From assembly GCF_009914755.1 (NCBI RefSeq), contig NC_060932.1: 64,000 nt of DNA; one strand, written 5' to 3'. Source of the DNA: the human T2T-CHM13v2.0 reference genome, Homo sapiens. Positions 38,207 through 55,433 of this stretch are shown piece after piece (the stretch's first letter is position 1; each line of letters begins with the position of its first letter). A program made the position numbers and the translations under genes. The notes beneath the pieces were generated by a model that saw only the letters and a list, made by a program, of their open reading frames with translations, had not been told where the DNA came from and made no database searches.

Positions 38207-40039
38207 GTAAGTATACTTAAATATTCTATTCACTGGTTTTTAACCCAAGGCACTATCTGCTTTGGAAGGTCATGTTCACGTCTATCTTCTGCCCCTATTA
38301 AGGGTCAGAGTATTGAGTTTGGCAATAGGTGGTATTTGCTGTTTGGAGTAGAAATGGCCTCCTAATATGCTTAAGGACAACTAGACATCCTGTCCTCCCA
38401 ATATACATAAGAATATTAAAATACACCACAAATGTATCAGTTTTAGGGTAATCTGGTGGCTTTGAATATTGAAAAATAATTGCACAAGTTCTGAGGCCTA
38501 ATTCCTGGCAAGCAGTAGAGCACATTGTGTGTCTTTTCAGCTTCTCTGGATGCCTTCAGCAACTGCCTGAGGCATGATACCCAGCTGTTTGGAGCTTCCG
38601 TTCCAAAACTTCTTCATTCTCATATAAAGTTAGCTGTGATGGAGTAAGAAAACTATATATAGATGCCCTTAATTCAAATTTGATAGCAAGTAACTGATTA
38701 TGAAAATGTTTGAAAGCAAGCCCCTAGGCAAGATCTCAGATTAGTTTTCGTCTATTTAATGTGAAATGGGCTTTGTGCTTGTGGACTTCTATAACTGTTA
38801 GATTGATTGGGGTTTTGTGCTATGTCGGGGGAACTTAAAATATTAGCAAGGACTAGTATAAAGAGTTTTTGATACTTATAAATTGAGAATATCATCGTAT
38901 TAAATTTTGATACTCAACAGGGGAGTTTATCAAACCTTGAAAATTAAACTTATAACTACAGTCTTTCTCTTCCTTATGTTAGCTCCTTATTTAAAGCATT
39001 TCTCAATTTGATAAGCTCTTCAATAAATAGATGTTCCTAGTTATTCTATTTCGATCTGGGGAGTGTGTTGAAGGAACAATTTCCTTTTGCTATCAGCAGG
39101 GTAGGAAAACTCATGAAAAGAAAGTCTGTCCTTTTGGCAATTTAAGTTGTTTTGTCAATCTGTTTAAATAAATCCTGTTTGATGTTACAGCCTTTCCCTC
39201 CAGGTTGGTGATACTAGAACTGTAACTATATGGTATAAAATTATCTTTTATTGTGTGAAGTATGGTGTTTTGGCTATATTTTAACTACATAAAGCGTCAT
39301 TTAACTGGATTGATGGCAATAGCCTGGTGAGATCAAACAGGAAATGAAATGCTAGAAAGGGCCAAATTAGTTTCCTATGTGTTCCAAGGGCTCTCATCAT
39401 ATCCTCCAAAATGATAATTTCTGCCGGGGAATTTGTGCTATTTGTTTTTTAATTCTACTTATAAAAAGATTAGTATAATTATATGGATTTTATATAGCTA
39501 GCATCCAGGAATCACATTGAGCTTTTTTTTTTTAAGTGTTTATTCTGCAGAAGCAAATACTAGGTTTTTCTTTTTTGGCATTTTGTCTGGAAATAATTTC
39601 TCTCCTGTGTGATTCATTGAATAAAGTTATTGAAACTCTTGTAATTGGAACCCTTCATGCTATCATCAATGGGACCATAGATACTATCCTTAAGCATATC
39701 TGAGCAGTTTGAGAATGTAAAAAAATACTTTTGGTTTTCCCAAGCTTTGGGGAACTGAAATAAATCTCTCAGTTTATGTTTCTATTCATTGCATTATCAC
39801 TGAGAGAGAAATAATTATGAAATCTGACTCCATTCCCTAATTCTCAGTAGAATTAGTTTTTGATATTTGGCAATGGTTTAAAACTAAGAAAGGAAGCTTT
39901 GTGTACCATGATATTAAAATATTTCAATGTGCCATTTTCACACATCAGTCACCCGGGGTCATGGTAAGTTCTCAGTAAATATGGTTGAATTGATTCATGA
40001 ACACATTTTTTTGTGGAACTTAATTTTATTAGGAGAATA

Positions 40040-41000
<961 letters not shown>

Positions 41001-41861
41001 AACCAAGGCTGCTTTTGTTTTTGGTTTTTAACTTTTGGTGTTCCATTTTATTTTCTTCTTTGGCTTTTTCATTATACTTCTTCATATTAACTATTGTTTT
41101 ACTTGTTTTTTTATAATTACAATATGCATGTTTTACTAATCCTAGTGTGTTTTTTAAAATTTTAGATTCAGCGGGTACATTGGCAGGTTTATTACATTTT
41201 TTAATCTCATGAAAATATGCTCTTCAGTTTGAAAATATAAACCAGTCGTGGCAGGAACCAGGTCCAGTCTTAGTTACAATAATGAAAATAGCATGAAGCA
41301 CACAGTCCATTTCAAGGCAGCCACACGCAGGACTTGCATTGCAGGGAACGACTGTGAGGTACAAATATCTCCATTTAGTAAAGGCTGAAGGTGAACCTTG
41401 AAGAGTCAGCAATAACAATAAGCCAAACTCAAAAATGCCAAATATATAAAAAAGTCAAAGGCCTCAGAAAAGTTTGCCTGGTCAAAAATAATCAGCTTCA
41501 AAGAATAGATTTCTTTTCACTTTATTTTAGCCAGCAAGGAGATGCTAGTAAATCCCTGTATTTGAAAAGCGAACTCTGCTTTTCTAATGTGATTGTGCCT
41601 GTACCGGCTACATTCTTTGAACTAATGACATTGGTGTTTTCTAAAGTAAATGTTGAAAAGCCTCTCTGAAGTAGTATGGATTCAGCAAACATTTTATGTA
41701 TTAAACAGTTCTCTGCGATTTGGGGGTCAGTGTAAGACAGGGGAGGCTTTCAGAGCAAACAGATATAGGCAGAGGAGATGGATCTGACTTCACAGCCCCC
41801 AAAGTTCCCTTTTTTCCTCTTTAACTCATGTTGGATTAGAAGAAAAAAAAAAAAAAAAAAA

Positions 41862-42204
41862 GAGCAGGCATGGTGGCTCATGCCTGTAATCCTAGCACTT
41901 TGAGAGGCCAAAGAGGGAGGATAGCTTGACACCAGGAGTTCGAGACTAGTCTGGGCAACACATTGAGACCTCATCTCTATAAAAAAATAAAGAAATTAGC
42001 CAGGCTTGGTGGCAGCCCTGAAGTCTCAGCTACTTGGGAGGCTGAGGTGGGAGGATCACCTGAGCCCGGGAGTTTGAGGCTGTCCTAAGTTATGGTTGAA
42101 CCACTGCACTCCAGCCTGGGCAACAGAGCGAGAACTTGTCTCTCTTAAAATAAAAACAAACAAAAAAAGAAAGAAAGAAAAAGAAAAAAACAAAAAGAAG
42201 AAAA
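41862..42204 (+). mobile_element. AluJ preceded by poly(A) and with long A-rich tail
   Basis: Dimeric Alu 41862-42145; A-rich tail to ~42204; A-run 41843-41861. Confidence 0.92.
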
Positions 42205-43009
42205 TAGAAGTCACTCACCTACCCTTCTACCTACTTAATATATTATAAGCATTTTTCTCATGTTTTTAAATAGTAATCAGAAATATATTTTATAGGTCAC
42301 TGTAACAATAAAGAAATCATTCTTGACTGGAGGTTTTTAAGGGATTTTTTCATTTACAAACACATTATCGGTTTTGCCCCCTTTCTGTTTATTTTTCCTA
42401 CCACTTGTAAATATTAGTGAAATATCAAAGTTCTTAGTCCTTCCCTTTGTAAGACAATTTTTACTACTCAATTTTTGGAAATTGGAAACTTCCATTGTTC
42501 ATTCACTAGTTTAGAGTTGTTAATTATATTTTTAAGTTCTTTATACTAATCTAATAAAGATCAAAATTATAATTTTCTTTATTTTCTTTTGTTTTTTGTA
42601 AATGAGGCATCTGTGACTAAAAACTTATAAATAATTGCCTAAATGAGTTTTCTATTACATGTAAGTGACAAGTTTTAGGAGAAGAACTTGAACCTTACAA
42701 AACAGTCAATAGGACTATCTTGCTGCTCCTTTTATAGAATCAGCAGAAGTAAAGTGATTGTTTGGAACAAGCCTTAATGACTTCTTCTGGAGATGCCAGC
42801 TGCTGGTAGCCCCATTTTGCAGACAATTCTGTTGAATACCATAAAAAATTGTTATACCAACCACTTTGCTGAATTAAGCACCATCCATTCCAATTTAATA
42901 CATAAATGAGGAAAACAAAACGGAAAATCTAACAAATAGTAATAGGAAAGAAAATCAAGATAAATCCCGGGAAAACAGTTGAAGTGGTAATATCTGTTTC
43001 AAATATGAA

Positions 43010-43200
43010 TAACAGCAAGCATTTATTGAAGGCTTACTGTGTGCCAGGTGTTGTGCTAGATGTTTTACATGGATGATGACTCATGGTTATCATGAAAACT
43101 TATTACACTGTACGTTGAAACTGATACATGTTGTCCAAAGTCACACAGCAGCATTTAACCCCAGATAATGCAGTGGACTGCTATGTCACATAACGTTTTG
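43010..43200 (-). mobile_element. MIR
   Basis: CATTTATTGAAGGCTTACTGTGTGCCAGG...TCCAAAGTCACACAGC. Confidence 0.75.
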
Positions 43201-43439
43201 CTGCCTCAAAGAAAAAGCCCTTACTATTGAAAGAAATGGGATTCTGTGAGTGGATTGAAAGGTAGCCTTTGGCACCAAGTTTATTGGGAGTATATGTGGT
43301 GGATTCAAGTAAATGACTTGTCTGGGGCCAGTTGTACCCAAGTGATCTTCATGTTACACGTCAAAGCATGGCAGGTGAATGAAATGGGAAGAGCACAAAT
43401 GCTGAGTGGACTCATGCTCTTAAGTCTAAATACTAATGC

Positions 43440-43622
43440 TGAGGACAATCGCGGTGGCTCATGCTTGTAATCCTAGCACTTTGGGAGGCCATAGTGGGAG
43501 GATTGCTTGAGCAAATTGATCATTTGAGCCCAGGAGATTGAGGTTTCAGTAAGTCATGATCTCACTACTACACTCCAGCCTGGGCAACAGAGACCCTGTC
43601 TCAAAAATAATAAAAGAAATAA
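43440..43622 (+). mobile_element. Chimeric/internally deleted Alu monomer
   Basis: Left-arm 5' half (CTAGCACTTTGGGAGG) joined to right-arm 3' half (GAGGTTTCAGTAAG..CACTCCAGCCTGGG). Confidence 0.8.
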
Positions 43623-43688
43623 ATTCTGGTGCTGCTAATTACCGTATAATTTTAAACAAATTATGTGACTTCCCTGAGACTCAGTTTC

Positions 43689-44015
43689 ATCTCTCCTCTC
43701 CTCTCCTCTTCTTTTCTGTTCTGTTCTTTTCTTTTCTTCTTTTGACAGGGTTTCTCTCTGTCACCCAGGCTGGAGTGCAGTAGTGCACTCATGGCTCACT
43801 GCAGCCTTGACCTCCTGGGCTCAAGCCATCTTCCTTCCTCAGCCTCCCTAGTAGCTGGGACTACATGCGTGTGCCACCACACCTGAGTAATGTTTTTTAG
43901 AGACAGGGTTTCGCCATGTTCCCCACACTGCTATTGAACTCCTGGGCTCAAGTGATTCACCCATCTCAGCCTACCAAAGCGTTGGAATTGCAGGCATAAG
44001 CCACCATGCCTGGCC
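43689..44015 (-). mobile_element. AluJ inserted in a MIR fragment
   Basis: TSD CTGAGACTCAGTTTC (43674-43688) / CCGAGATTCAGTTTC (44016-44030). Confidence 0.93.
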
Positions 44016-45261
44016 CCGAGATTCAGTTTCTAGGTCTGAAGAATGCTATTTATTTTAAACATATATTGGGAAGTCTAATGTGAGAAAATGCATGTATATC
44101 ATTTAGCACAACTTTGCTTTAAGATGGTCCCTTCATGTATGGAAGAGAGCTAGTGTGTGGAAAAGTGACATGGCTCTAAAAAGAGAATAAAAGTCAGAGA
44201 GTCTCTACATCTTACTTCAACAACGTTGGAAAATGCCCTTATTGTTGGAGAAGGAAACGAGTTTATGATTTTAGCCTAAGTGATGATGCTGACAGTTCTT
44301 TGCCAGGAAATCACTATGTCTTTTCAAAATATTATATATTCTCAGCTAAGGCTTCATTTTACAGGAACTAATCCAGGAAGTCTTCTATGAAATCTCTGAA
44401 TGAAATGAACAATTCAGTTTTTAATTTGGCACCTAAAAAAGCTAGCTGAAGGAAAAGAATGTCTTTGCAGAGACATTTCTGTCATAATGAGATAGAATGG
44501 TTTCACTTGGGAATAGCACACTAATATGTATTGATTAGATTGGACCAGATCTGGGTGGTCCATTGGTGGAATTTAGACCCATGGCTCTTACATTCTACCC
44601 TCAGTTGTAACTGACTTACCTGCTTTTATGGTAGAAAAAAACTTCTGGGAGCTTAGCTAAATGATTCTTAGCTGGAAAAATGCCATTTCAATTTCAGATG
44701 TTTATTGGTCATAACATGTGAACCTCTCCTGCCACTGTTGGAGAGCTACTTTTAATTGAATGCAAATTGTGTTTTCAGATTTCTATAAACATGGCATTTT
44801 TCATGGGTTGGTGGCTCTGCCCACTGTGGAGAATGACAAATTATCATGCATCATATAGCAATAAAATAATAATTCAAAAAGAAAATTGCCCTACTCATAT
44901 TACCTCATCTTTTTGGTTGGCTGGAGAGTTACTTACAGATTTTTAGGATACTAGAGTGACTTGGTGCAAGAGTTGGGGCTCGTATATTATAGCCATTCAT
45001 AGGTGCAAGCAAGTTACTGCCTTCACAATCAGTTCTTTTATTCTGTATATGAATATATCTTCTTTTTCTTTTTTAAACAATACTGCTTGCGAGTATAATT
45101 TATTTCTTCACTTCTGCCTTTGCCCTTTCTAAAGTCATTCACTGTCTATCATTGCATTCCACCAGTGGAGGAGAGAATCTAAAAAGTTTTGATTAAGCTT
45201 TGACCTTTCGTACTGGTTGAAATTAACGCTTTACAGAATTATTCTTTTGGACCATAAAATA

Positions 45262-45317
45262 TGTGTGTGCATGTGTGTGTATGTGTATGAGATATAGATA
45301 TAGATATAGATATAGAT
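45262..45317. repeat. (TG)n + (ATATAG)n microsatellite
   Basis: Directly visible. Confidence 0.9.
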
Positions 45318-45499
45318 CATTGATACTTGCATCATACTTTACATTTTATAAGGCATATTTTCTTATTTTGAGTCATTTATTTATACAACTCAGTGGCTTA
45401 GATTTCATCCCATGGATGAGGGACTTGACGTTCAGAAATCTGTGACTTGTCCCAAGTCAAAGAACAAATAGGTAGTTCTAAAAAGAAGAGAAAGTCTAC

Positions 45500-45765
45500 T
45501 CCTTATCTAAACAGCACATTTTAGGGAAGAATCTGATTGGCCCTGATTGCATCATGTCTGACCCTAAAATACTGCATCCAGGGAGATTAATGCCTCCAGC
45601 TGAGTGGGGGCTGGGGCACATATCCACTGCTGTGTGTGTTGGGGTTAGTGAGGGCAGATGGGCTCAGCCCCATGGGAACCACATGGTGTAGAATCATTAC
45701 AGAGAGGAGAGTTCTGTAGCAAAAGAAGGGAAAAGTGAGCTAGACAGGAAAACAACAACACAATC
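45500..45765. mobile_element. Old MaLR LTR fragment (MLT1J/K-like)
   Basis: GGGAAGAATCTGATTGGCCC..CATGTC..CC motif typical of old MLT1. Confidence 0.55.
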
Positions 45766-47076
45766 ATTGACAACTGATAAGCAAACAACCTTAGAAAAAT
45801 CAGAAAATAGGTATTAGTAACAGAATTTTAAAGGAAAATTAAAAATAGGTGTTGTTGAAAATTGTGTTTCATTGGGCAGACAAAACTAAGCAGGATGAGC
45901 AATCTGAAGAAAATAATAAGCTGGAAAACTGAATATAATTGCAGTATCATTTTTTTAAAAGACTCATTAGTACCTATGAGCCATTATAATTACTCTTAAC
46001 AGTGCCCTCTTTTTAACCCAGGAAATTCTGCATTTTGAAAGAAAGTAGAAAAACGTAGACAAATGAGTTACAGTTTTGAAATTAGAATGCATGGGAAGCA
46101 TTTTGAAATCTGTAAAATATTCTACCTTTGATGTCAAAAGTCAGAGTACTTGATATGGATCCTTTAAAAAAAATCCATGATTGAGGAGATTTTGAAAAAT
46201 TCCTAGTTTCTTTTACCAGAGTAATTGTATGTTGATTAGGGTTTGGGTGTTTTTTGTTTTCAATTTGGAAAGAAAAAGAGCGTGCTTAGCCCATTCCATA
46301 TAATATTGTATAGAAAACTCACCAGGTCTTGTTCAATTGTGAGATAACACTGATTGAGGTTTTATCAGACTTATAGACATCACCATTTAAACCTAAACGA
46401 AATAACAACTCCGGTAGTTCATCTGTGGGCATCTTCCACTTTTCTCTGTCCCACTCTGTTATAATGCACCTCCCATACAAGCTGTGAATACTTAATTCAT
46501 TTCTTTAATAACTTGCTGTGTATACATAGTTTAGCTAATCATCAAAAGTGGGGAATGCCACTTTTCATTTTATCTCTTAGTCTACCAAAGGTCAGCAAAC
46601 TCTCAAAAACCAATTAATTGGGTCACTGTGGCTTATAGCCTAGAGCTATGCTCATCTTTATTCAAGTCCATAACCATCTCTGATTTCAGGTTTGGTGTTT
46701 AGGTTGAATTTATCCATCAACGATGGGCTCTTTGGTTTGTTCTTTGCTGAGGTATTCTAGCACTACCTCTTGAGTGAATACCAAACTTTAAAGAGCTTTT
46801 TAAGAAATGTCAGAAGGAGAGAGCGAGAGAGAGAATGCCTGGCTTTGTGAAATGTTGCAGAAATTTGTATTTGTAATTATCACAAATTTAATCAGTCTTT
46901 CCTTTAAATTTTTAAAGCAATTTTGGACTATTCTCATTATTTCAATGGTAGGGAAAGTAACATATAGATAGGGATAGGCCAAGTGACACTTAAGGTCAAA
47001 TAGCAAGTGAGTGGTGAATGTAGGTGAATTAAAATTGGATGGCCCTGTTTTTGCTGTTTGATCCTTAGATCACTGA

Positions 47077-47442
<366 letters not shown>

Positions 47443-47713
47443 TAATAACCAGGTCCTACTATATTTCAGCATGAGGCTAGGAAATGTGTATGCATATTTC
47501 TTGGGAAGTGGGAGGTGGGAGGTGTAATGATTGGGGGAGATAAATAGGAAATAGTCCTTGGGCTGAAGGAGTTCGCAGCAAAGTAAAAAGTTTAATTGTG
47601 ATTAATTGTGCATAATGACACGTAATCATAATGGGAAGTAAAATATGGCAAGAGGAAGACTTTCAAATTAAGTTTTTTTTTTTTTTTGTAATATTCCTTA
47701 AGATAGAAAAGCC

Positions 47714-48029
<316 letters not shown>

Positions 48030-48053
48030 TTATGTAATTTAAAAGAAAATTTT

Positions 48054-48355
48054 GGCCAGGTGTGGTGGCTCATGCCTGTAATTCCAGCACTTTGGGAGGC
48101 CAAGGCGGGCGGATCACTTGAAGTCAGGAATTTGAGACCAGCCTGGCCGACATGGTGAAACCCTGTCTCTACTAAAAATACAAAAATTAGCCAGGCATGG
48201 AGGCACATGTCTGTAATCCCAGCCACTTGGGAGGCTGAGGCAGGAGAATTGCTTGAACCTGGGAGCGGAGGTTGCAGTGAGCTGAGATCGCACCACTGCA
48301 CTCTGGCCTGGGTGACAGAGCAACACTCTATCTCAAAAAAATAAAAATAAAAAAG
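48054..48355 (+). mobile_element. AluS
   Basis: Full-length dimer with A tail; AAAAGAAAAT flanks. Confidence 0.95.
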
Positions 48356-48794
48356 GAAAAGAAAATATTATTATTATTACTATTTTTATTATTATTATTT
48401 TACTGTTGTCTGTCTCCTAAAATAGCAAATTGTTGTTTCTACTTCATATTTATAGGTCATTTTACTAAGAAATCAGAATCCTGAAATTTATCTCATTTTA
48501 AAAGATGATGACATTCTATAATTTACCGTCAAGAATAAAAGATTAGTGATGATTGAAGGTGCTGGAAATTAATTTACACTAAATAGCATTTTGAAAATAG
48601 TTTGGGGAACTTTCTGAAATATAACTAGAAACTTTTAGAAAAACATGACTATAGTATGGTAAGTTGAATCATTGTTGATGAGCAGACACTTATCCTTGAT
48701 ACAGAGATGGATTTGCAAAGGCTATGTTACATATCCGAGGAGATACTTTTGTTTAGGCCATCTGGAAATGTGTGTATATGAAAAGGTTGCAATT

Positions 48795-48921
48795 TTATTT
48801 TTTTAATAGAGACCAGGTCTTACTATGTTGCCCAGACAGGTTTCAAACTTCTGGGCTCAAGTAATGCTCCCACCTCAGCCCCAAAGTGCTGGGATTATAG
48901 ACGTGAGCCACCATACCCAGC
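48795..48921 (-). mobile_element. FLAM-like Alu monomer
   Basis: Single left arm; TSD TTGCAATTT on both sides. Confidence 0.85.
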
Positions 48922-49936
48922 TTGCAATTTCCTGAACTTGTTTTATTCATTAAGTAAGACTAGTTTTGTTTTTTAATTTTTATTTTTTAAAGACTTGAGT
49001 TGATCCAAAGAAGAGAGAAGTGGTAAATTTTAAAAAGGATGCCTAGTTATAATCAAGGAATCCAGTAAAGTAAATTAATCTGTTAAAATTATAAAACAAA
49101 AATTTTGCCTGTATGATCATTCCTCCCTCAATTTTCTTAAAATTCATGTATTAAGAGCAGTGACTAACTGACAAGAAGCTTCTGTGCCATTTGATAAAGA
49201 TTTCAACTACAAATGGGAATTAAGGTATATTAAAAAATAAAATTCTGCATGACAAAATATTTAAAATGTTAGTTTTTAATGTTCTACACAAATATTGTCC
49301 TACATTTTAACCTAGAAATCTACGTATTGAATCAGCCTATAAAAATCCATTTCTTTCACAAATAATGTAGCTTTGAGAACAGATTTTTTTCAATAATTCT
49401 CAGTCTACAAAGCTATGAAAAGGAAGTTGCTGTTGCTGCATTTTTTTTAAGCTGTAAAATCTAATATGCCCCAGCTCTGATGAAATGTACCAGGAGGAAC
49501 CTGCCTTGTCAAACAGGATATTTTTATGATGAAATGTGATACGAAGAGGCATAGCCTTACATATATCTGAGAGAAAATTATTTAAGTGGCCATAATAGAT
49601 TTTTCAGAAATTTTGTACATTTCTCTTATTTGATCCAGATGCATTTTTTTCCTCTGTTGTTCTCATACCAGCTTCTTAATTTCACCTCCCTAATGTTCCA
49701 CAGCATAAATACATCTTTGTTCAGAGTTTCTCCAAGTTATCTGTGAGAAAATAAACTATACAAAGGGTCCCTGGGTATGTTTTAGGATACATAGATTATG
49801 GGGGTGGGAGAGTTACCTTGTGTGTGCAAATGAGACTGTATGTGAAACGAAGATAAGGTTTGGAGGGAAATAGATGATTCAAAGATACCTAAGAGGTTTA
49901 TTAAGACCTTTAAAAATGATTTTACAGTGCCTGTAA

Positions 49937-50361
<425 letters not shown>

Positions 50362-51244
50362 TAAGGTTTCTAGAACATTGGCTGTGAACTTTTGGGTAAA
50401 TAGTGCACATAACTCTTCTCCTTCCTTTTTATTTGAAGTGCAGACCTGGGTATATTTTATTAAAATAATGGTCTGAAATTATAAAAAATGTTCTTTGTCC
50501 AATCAAGGAGTAAAATCAAACCTTGTATTATTTTGTAGTTATACTCAGATGTTAGACTATCTTCTAGTCCCCAGCAGTTCACTCTAGGTGGTCCCATAGC
50601 TCTTGCTTGAACCACAGTCTTGCCACTTCTTATCCATAGTGATGTGCACATCAGTTCCCACACCAGAATGTAAAATACTAGAGGGAAGAATTTTGGTTGA
50701 TTTGTGTTTCTATTCCCATAACTTATTACTATGCCAGTTCCCAGGGAGTATTTATTAAATGGATGTCAATATCAACAGTGAGTTAATGAATTTTTTTGTT
50801 GGATTATCATTTTTTAAGTTGTACACATTTACAATGAAAAGAAAACCACCTTCACTTTAAATCATGGGCACAGATATTTAAGTATTTTAAAATCAAAGTT
50901 TTAAAAAACTAACATTGGCTTAAATAATATTTATTAGAGAACTTGTAACATTTTAAGAAGCATTCACATTCTACCTATGTATATTTTAAATTTATTTCTG
51001 TTTTTTACATCTGGAAGATTTTTTTCATTTTATCATAAATACTTGTTTTCATGGTAATTTATAAAAATCAGTTTCTCCTTTGATAGGATTATTACAAATT
51101 ATTTCAGAATCTACTTATTAACTGGTCGCTGTTCCTCTCTGTAGTGCTGAAGAGGCACTTGCTTGGGAACAAGAGAAGTGCCGCAACAGTGTCAATAACA
51201 TGGATTTTTCATTTATTATCTTTAATAATAATAATAGATGACAA

Positions 51245-51420
51245 TAATATATTTTAATAAGCATCTACTATGTGTCAGATGCTTTCTTCTGAGAATGGAT
51301 ATTGTTAGTCCCATTATGTAGATGTAGAGACTGATACTCAAGACAATTCAATATTTGTCAAGTAGTGGTAGAAGCAGGATTTAACCTCAGTCTTTCTGAC
51401 TCTTCATCCTGTGTTCTTTT
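51245..51420 (-). mobile_element. MIR
   Basis: AGCATCTACTATGTGTCAG..CCCATTATGTAGATG..GCAGGATTTAACCTCAGTCTTTCTGACTC. Confidence 0.6.
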
Positions 51421-53484
51421 CACCCACAGATGGTAGAGGTTGAAGGCTCAGAAGAACACTTTTTGAGCTCAGAAAGCTCTTCTTGTGACCTCTATGCTAC
51501 TAGTCTAAAGGGCAAATGATAATTGCAGCTACTTTCAGAAATGGTCCTTTTTCCCTAATGAGATGACCAAATCTGCTTTATGAACCCAGTTTCCTAAGCA
51601 AGATACAGAAATAGACACACCAATTTAGTATGATAAAAGGTGTTAAAGGTAGAACAATTTTAGGTACCAAATTATATTTATTTGATACTTGGATAATTTA
51701 AAAATAATGCCACAAACTTCATCCCATCTACCTCCCAGTGCGCACACATTTGGGATGAAGAGATAATGATGAGAATGACATTGTAGATAAAAGGTATATG
51801 CATTAAACATCTGAAATGCTTAGGTTATTCAAAGAAAAGAATAAACACACCATGTGATATGTAGCCTCAGCTACTTCATGTTTGAAGTTGATGGTAACAT
51901 TCAGATCAGTTTTGAGAAGCAGACTGCAACCATAGCTTTTAGTTTAAGTTTCAGATTGATATGGAAGGTTATTTGTTTTAACAATCCCTATGTTAAGTTT
52001 TCTTTTTTCTATGTTTCAATTGACTTATTTTGTCAGATTTTAGGTTTTTTTTTTTTTTCAGGCAAGATGGCATTCTCATCCCTGCTGTTGTTAACATTTA
52101 AAGCATGCAGCCTCTTGTGCTGTGGTGTAAATTCCAACTGACTGACGATAATTAAACAGAAAATGAAACTTGAATGGCACTATCTCAAAATCTACTTAAA
52201 GCCACAACAGGTATCTGCCTATAGCAATATATCAGTTGGAACACATGAAGAATAAGAAATTGTAGCATTTTGTGTCTGGGTTTATTTTTCTTTGAAATCA
52301 AAGAAGAAAAATACTGATTTTTCCTGGATCACTAAAACAGTAGTATGGATTTCTAAACAGGGCAGACCATACAAACACACAATTAATTATATCTGAACTT
52401 GAAATCTCATACTGTGCACTTTACCTCTTTTATACCAGTTGTAATTTCTCATTTATGTACAGATACTGTAGTAACTTTTTTTTAAAAAAAGAATGTATTA
52501 TTGTAATTAAAAAGCAAATACTCAAGAAAGATAAGACACAAAGGATTAATTGGGATTACAACTCTTCTTTCTGTATTGAGTGCAAAAGCTTGGTGATCTC
52601 CTGAATTGTGCTTCAACAGTGACCTCAAGGCTCCTTCCAACCCCCAAGGCTCTCCTTTTTTAACATTTGTTATTACTTAGCTATTTTATTTGGCAGGGAT
52701 CCCTTCTATCTCATCTTCTAATGCACTGGCAATGATCCTATTGCCAATAGCTTAGAGCCTACTGCTGCTGGGGTAAGCGACACAGCCGAACTTTCTAGCC
52801 TCTGCATCCTTATAAATAATGCATCTGGTTTCCTGTAACTACATGAACTCTTAGACTTTAGTAGGCATTTCTTTGTTAGTCAGGGTAAAAGAGTTGGGAG
52901 ATGAACAGTTGTGGAAATAGTTATAGGCAGTTATTATCACTGATTAGAACCTGAGTCCATGACATATGCATTAATCACTGGGTTAATGCTAATGGAATGC
53001 TTATGGTATTTATAGTAGATATAAATAAGATATAGAAAAAGAATATCTTTGCTGACCAAACTGCATGCTTAATTCAACATGGAAAGTTCTGGTGAGGTTA
53101 ATCTAGGACGCTTTGAGACTCCGTTGCTCATAATTGGACCTGATTTACTACTCATTTAAAAAATCTCTTTTAATTTGCGCAGAATTCGCTGGCTTTTTGG
53201 GGGTGGACACACTTGTTCTTAAGAACAATAGCAACAAGATCTTTGTTTAACATAATATCTAATGCTCCATGTAACTTAGTGGTATAACAAATTATTCAAT
53301 TTGTAATGAAAAAGGTAAATGCTGTGTTAATAAGTTAATAGCAAAGTAAATAATGCATATTTATACTTTTGACTTCAAAGTGTTTATAAACTTATGGCAT
53401 TAAAAAGTAATGTTTTATTTTTGAGCATCAGAGAAAATAGTATTTAAACAAGAGAAACCGATTTTTAAAGTGAAAATCATTTTA

Positions 53485-53907
<423 letters not shown>

Positions 53908-55158
53908 TCAGTGTTATGATTCTATCATAAGGATAAAAAATTCAGATTGATTTAGATGTTGATGAGAAACTTGTTGCTCTAGAGCCTTGTATATTTTCAT
54001 CAGAATTAACTGAAAGAAGGGAAAATTGTTTCTAATATGATACAGGATGTTCATCCTGATCATTTTATTATTGATTTCTTTAGTTACCATCAGTTCATCT
54101 CTGAGCGGCTCATTCATTTAGAAAGATGATAGCTTGTAAGTTTAATTCTAAAACTCATTCTCATCCTTGTTAGCATTTGACATGCCAATGATTTTGCAGA
54201 GCTGGGTTGTTATCAGGACTCATGTTTAGTCAAAATGTTTAACACTTATTTCTTTGATTCCTGTAGAATTTCCTTATTAATTAACCCAGGGTCTATAAGC
54301 AACAAATTTTTAAATCAGATATATATCTATATGCATGTAATTCATTTTTTTCTCTTTGATTTTTGACTACTTTTTTATGCTGATATTTTAGAATTTCTAT
54401 GAAATTAACACATTTCCTTAACAATTCAGGAAATCTGACTAACTGTACTTTAAAATTGTGCTTTGGTATCACCAGTAAATAAGAAGGCTTCAATTCATCA
54501 AAAAGATAATAATAAACTGTATTAATGCTTTCTTTTATTTATTTATTTTAATCCATCTACCAAAAACAATCAAGACAACAGCTTTAAAAAAATGCAATCA
54601 TTAAATTACTACGACAGCCTAGTCTGCTTTTGTGGCTGTTTTGTTTTGATGGTTACCGAGAATGGAAACAGACAGATTATGTTTTTCTGCTTGTAATTGT
54701 CCAGTACCTCCAAAGGCCTCTTGCCTGGGCATGATCCCTTCTGGAATTGAATTCTGCATTCTTCTTCTATCACTAATCAAACAAAACACTATCAGAAGAA
54801 AACATTTCCATAACTGGATCCGGAGTGAAGGAAAATTTCAGATACTTAGACATGCATATACAATAAACAGTGTTTCCTGACAGGCTCATTAAAAAAGAAT
54901 GACTCCACTATGTGTCAACTGCACAAATAGAATCCATTATAAGACTATGGACTCTTACTTCTGAAGTCTGCCTTTGTGCCCACCTAAGATTAGGAAAACT
55001 AAATCTTCCACTAGAATTTAAATATCACAGAAGCAGAAACGATTGCAATCTCTTTCCCCAGTGCCTTCCTTCCTCTTTCTCTCAGTCTTGGGTAGGTCCT
55101 GGTACATATGAGGCACTTGCTTAAAAAAATAACTGAAGGAACGAATGAAGTTGCTTAA

Positions 55159-55433
55159 GGCCGGGAGCAGTAGTCTGTAGATGAGTCGACTCTCACCTGT
55201 AGTCCCAGTACTTTGGGAGGCTGAGGCAGGAGGATCGCTTGAGGCCAGGAGTTCGAGACTAGCCTGGGCAACATTGTGAGATCCCATCTTTACAAAGAAA
55301 TTTTAAAAATTAGCCAGGTGTTGTGACATGTACCTGTAGTCCCAGCCAATTGGGAGGCTGAAACAGTAGGATCACTTGAGCCCAGGAGTTTGAGGCTGAG
55401 CAAGATCTTGTCTTAAAAAAAAAAAAAAAAAAA
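55159..55433 (+). mobile_element. AluJ with 5' insertion and right-arm deletion
   Basis: Extra TCTGTAGATGAGTCG near the A box; right arm jumps GAGGCTG to AGCAAGA; TSD-like AAGTTGCTTAA / AGGTTGCATAA. Confidence 0.88.
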
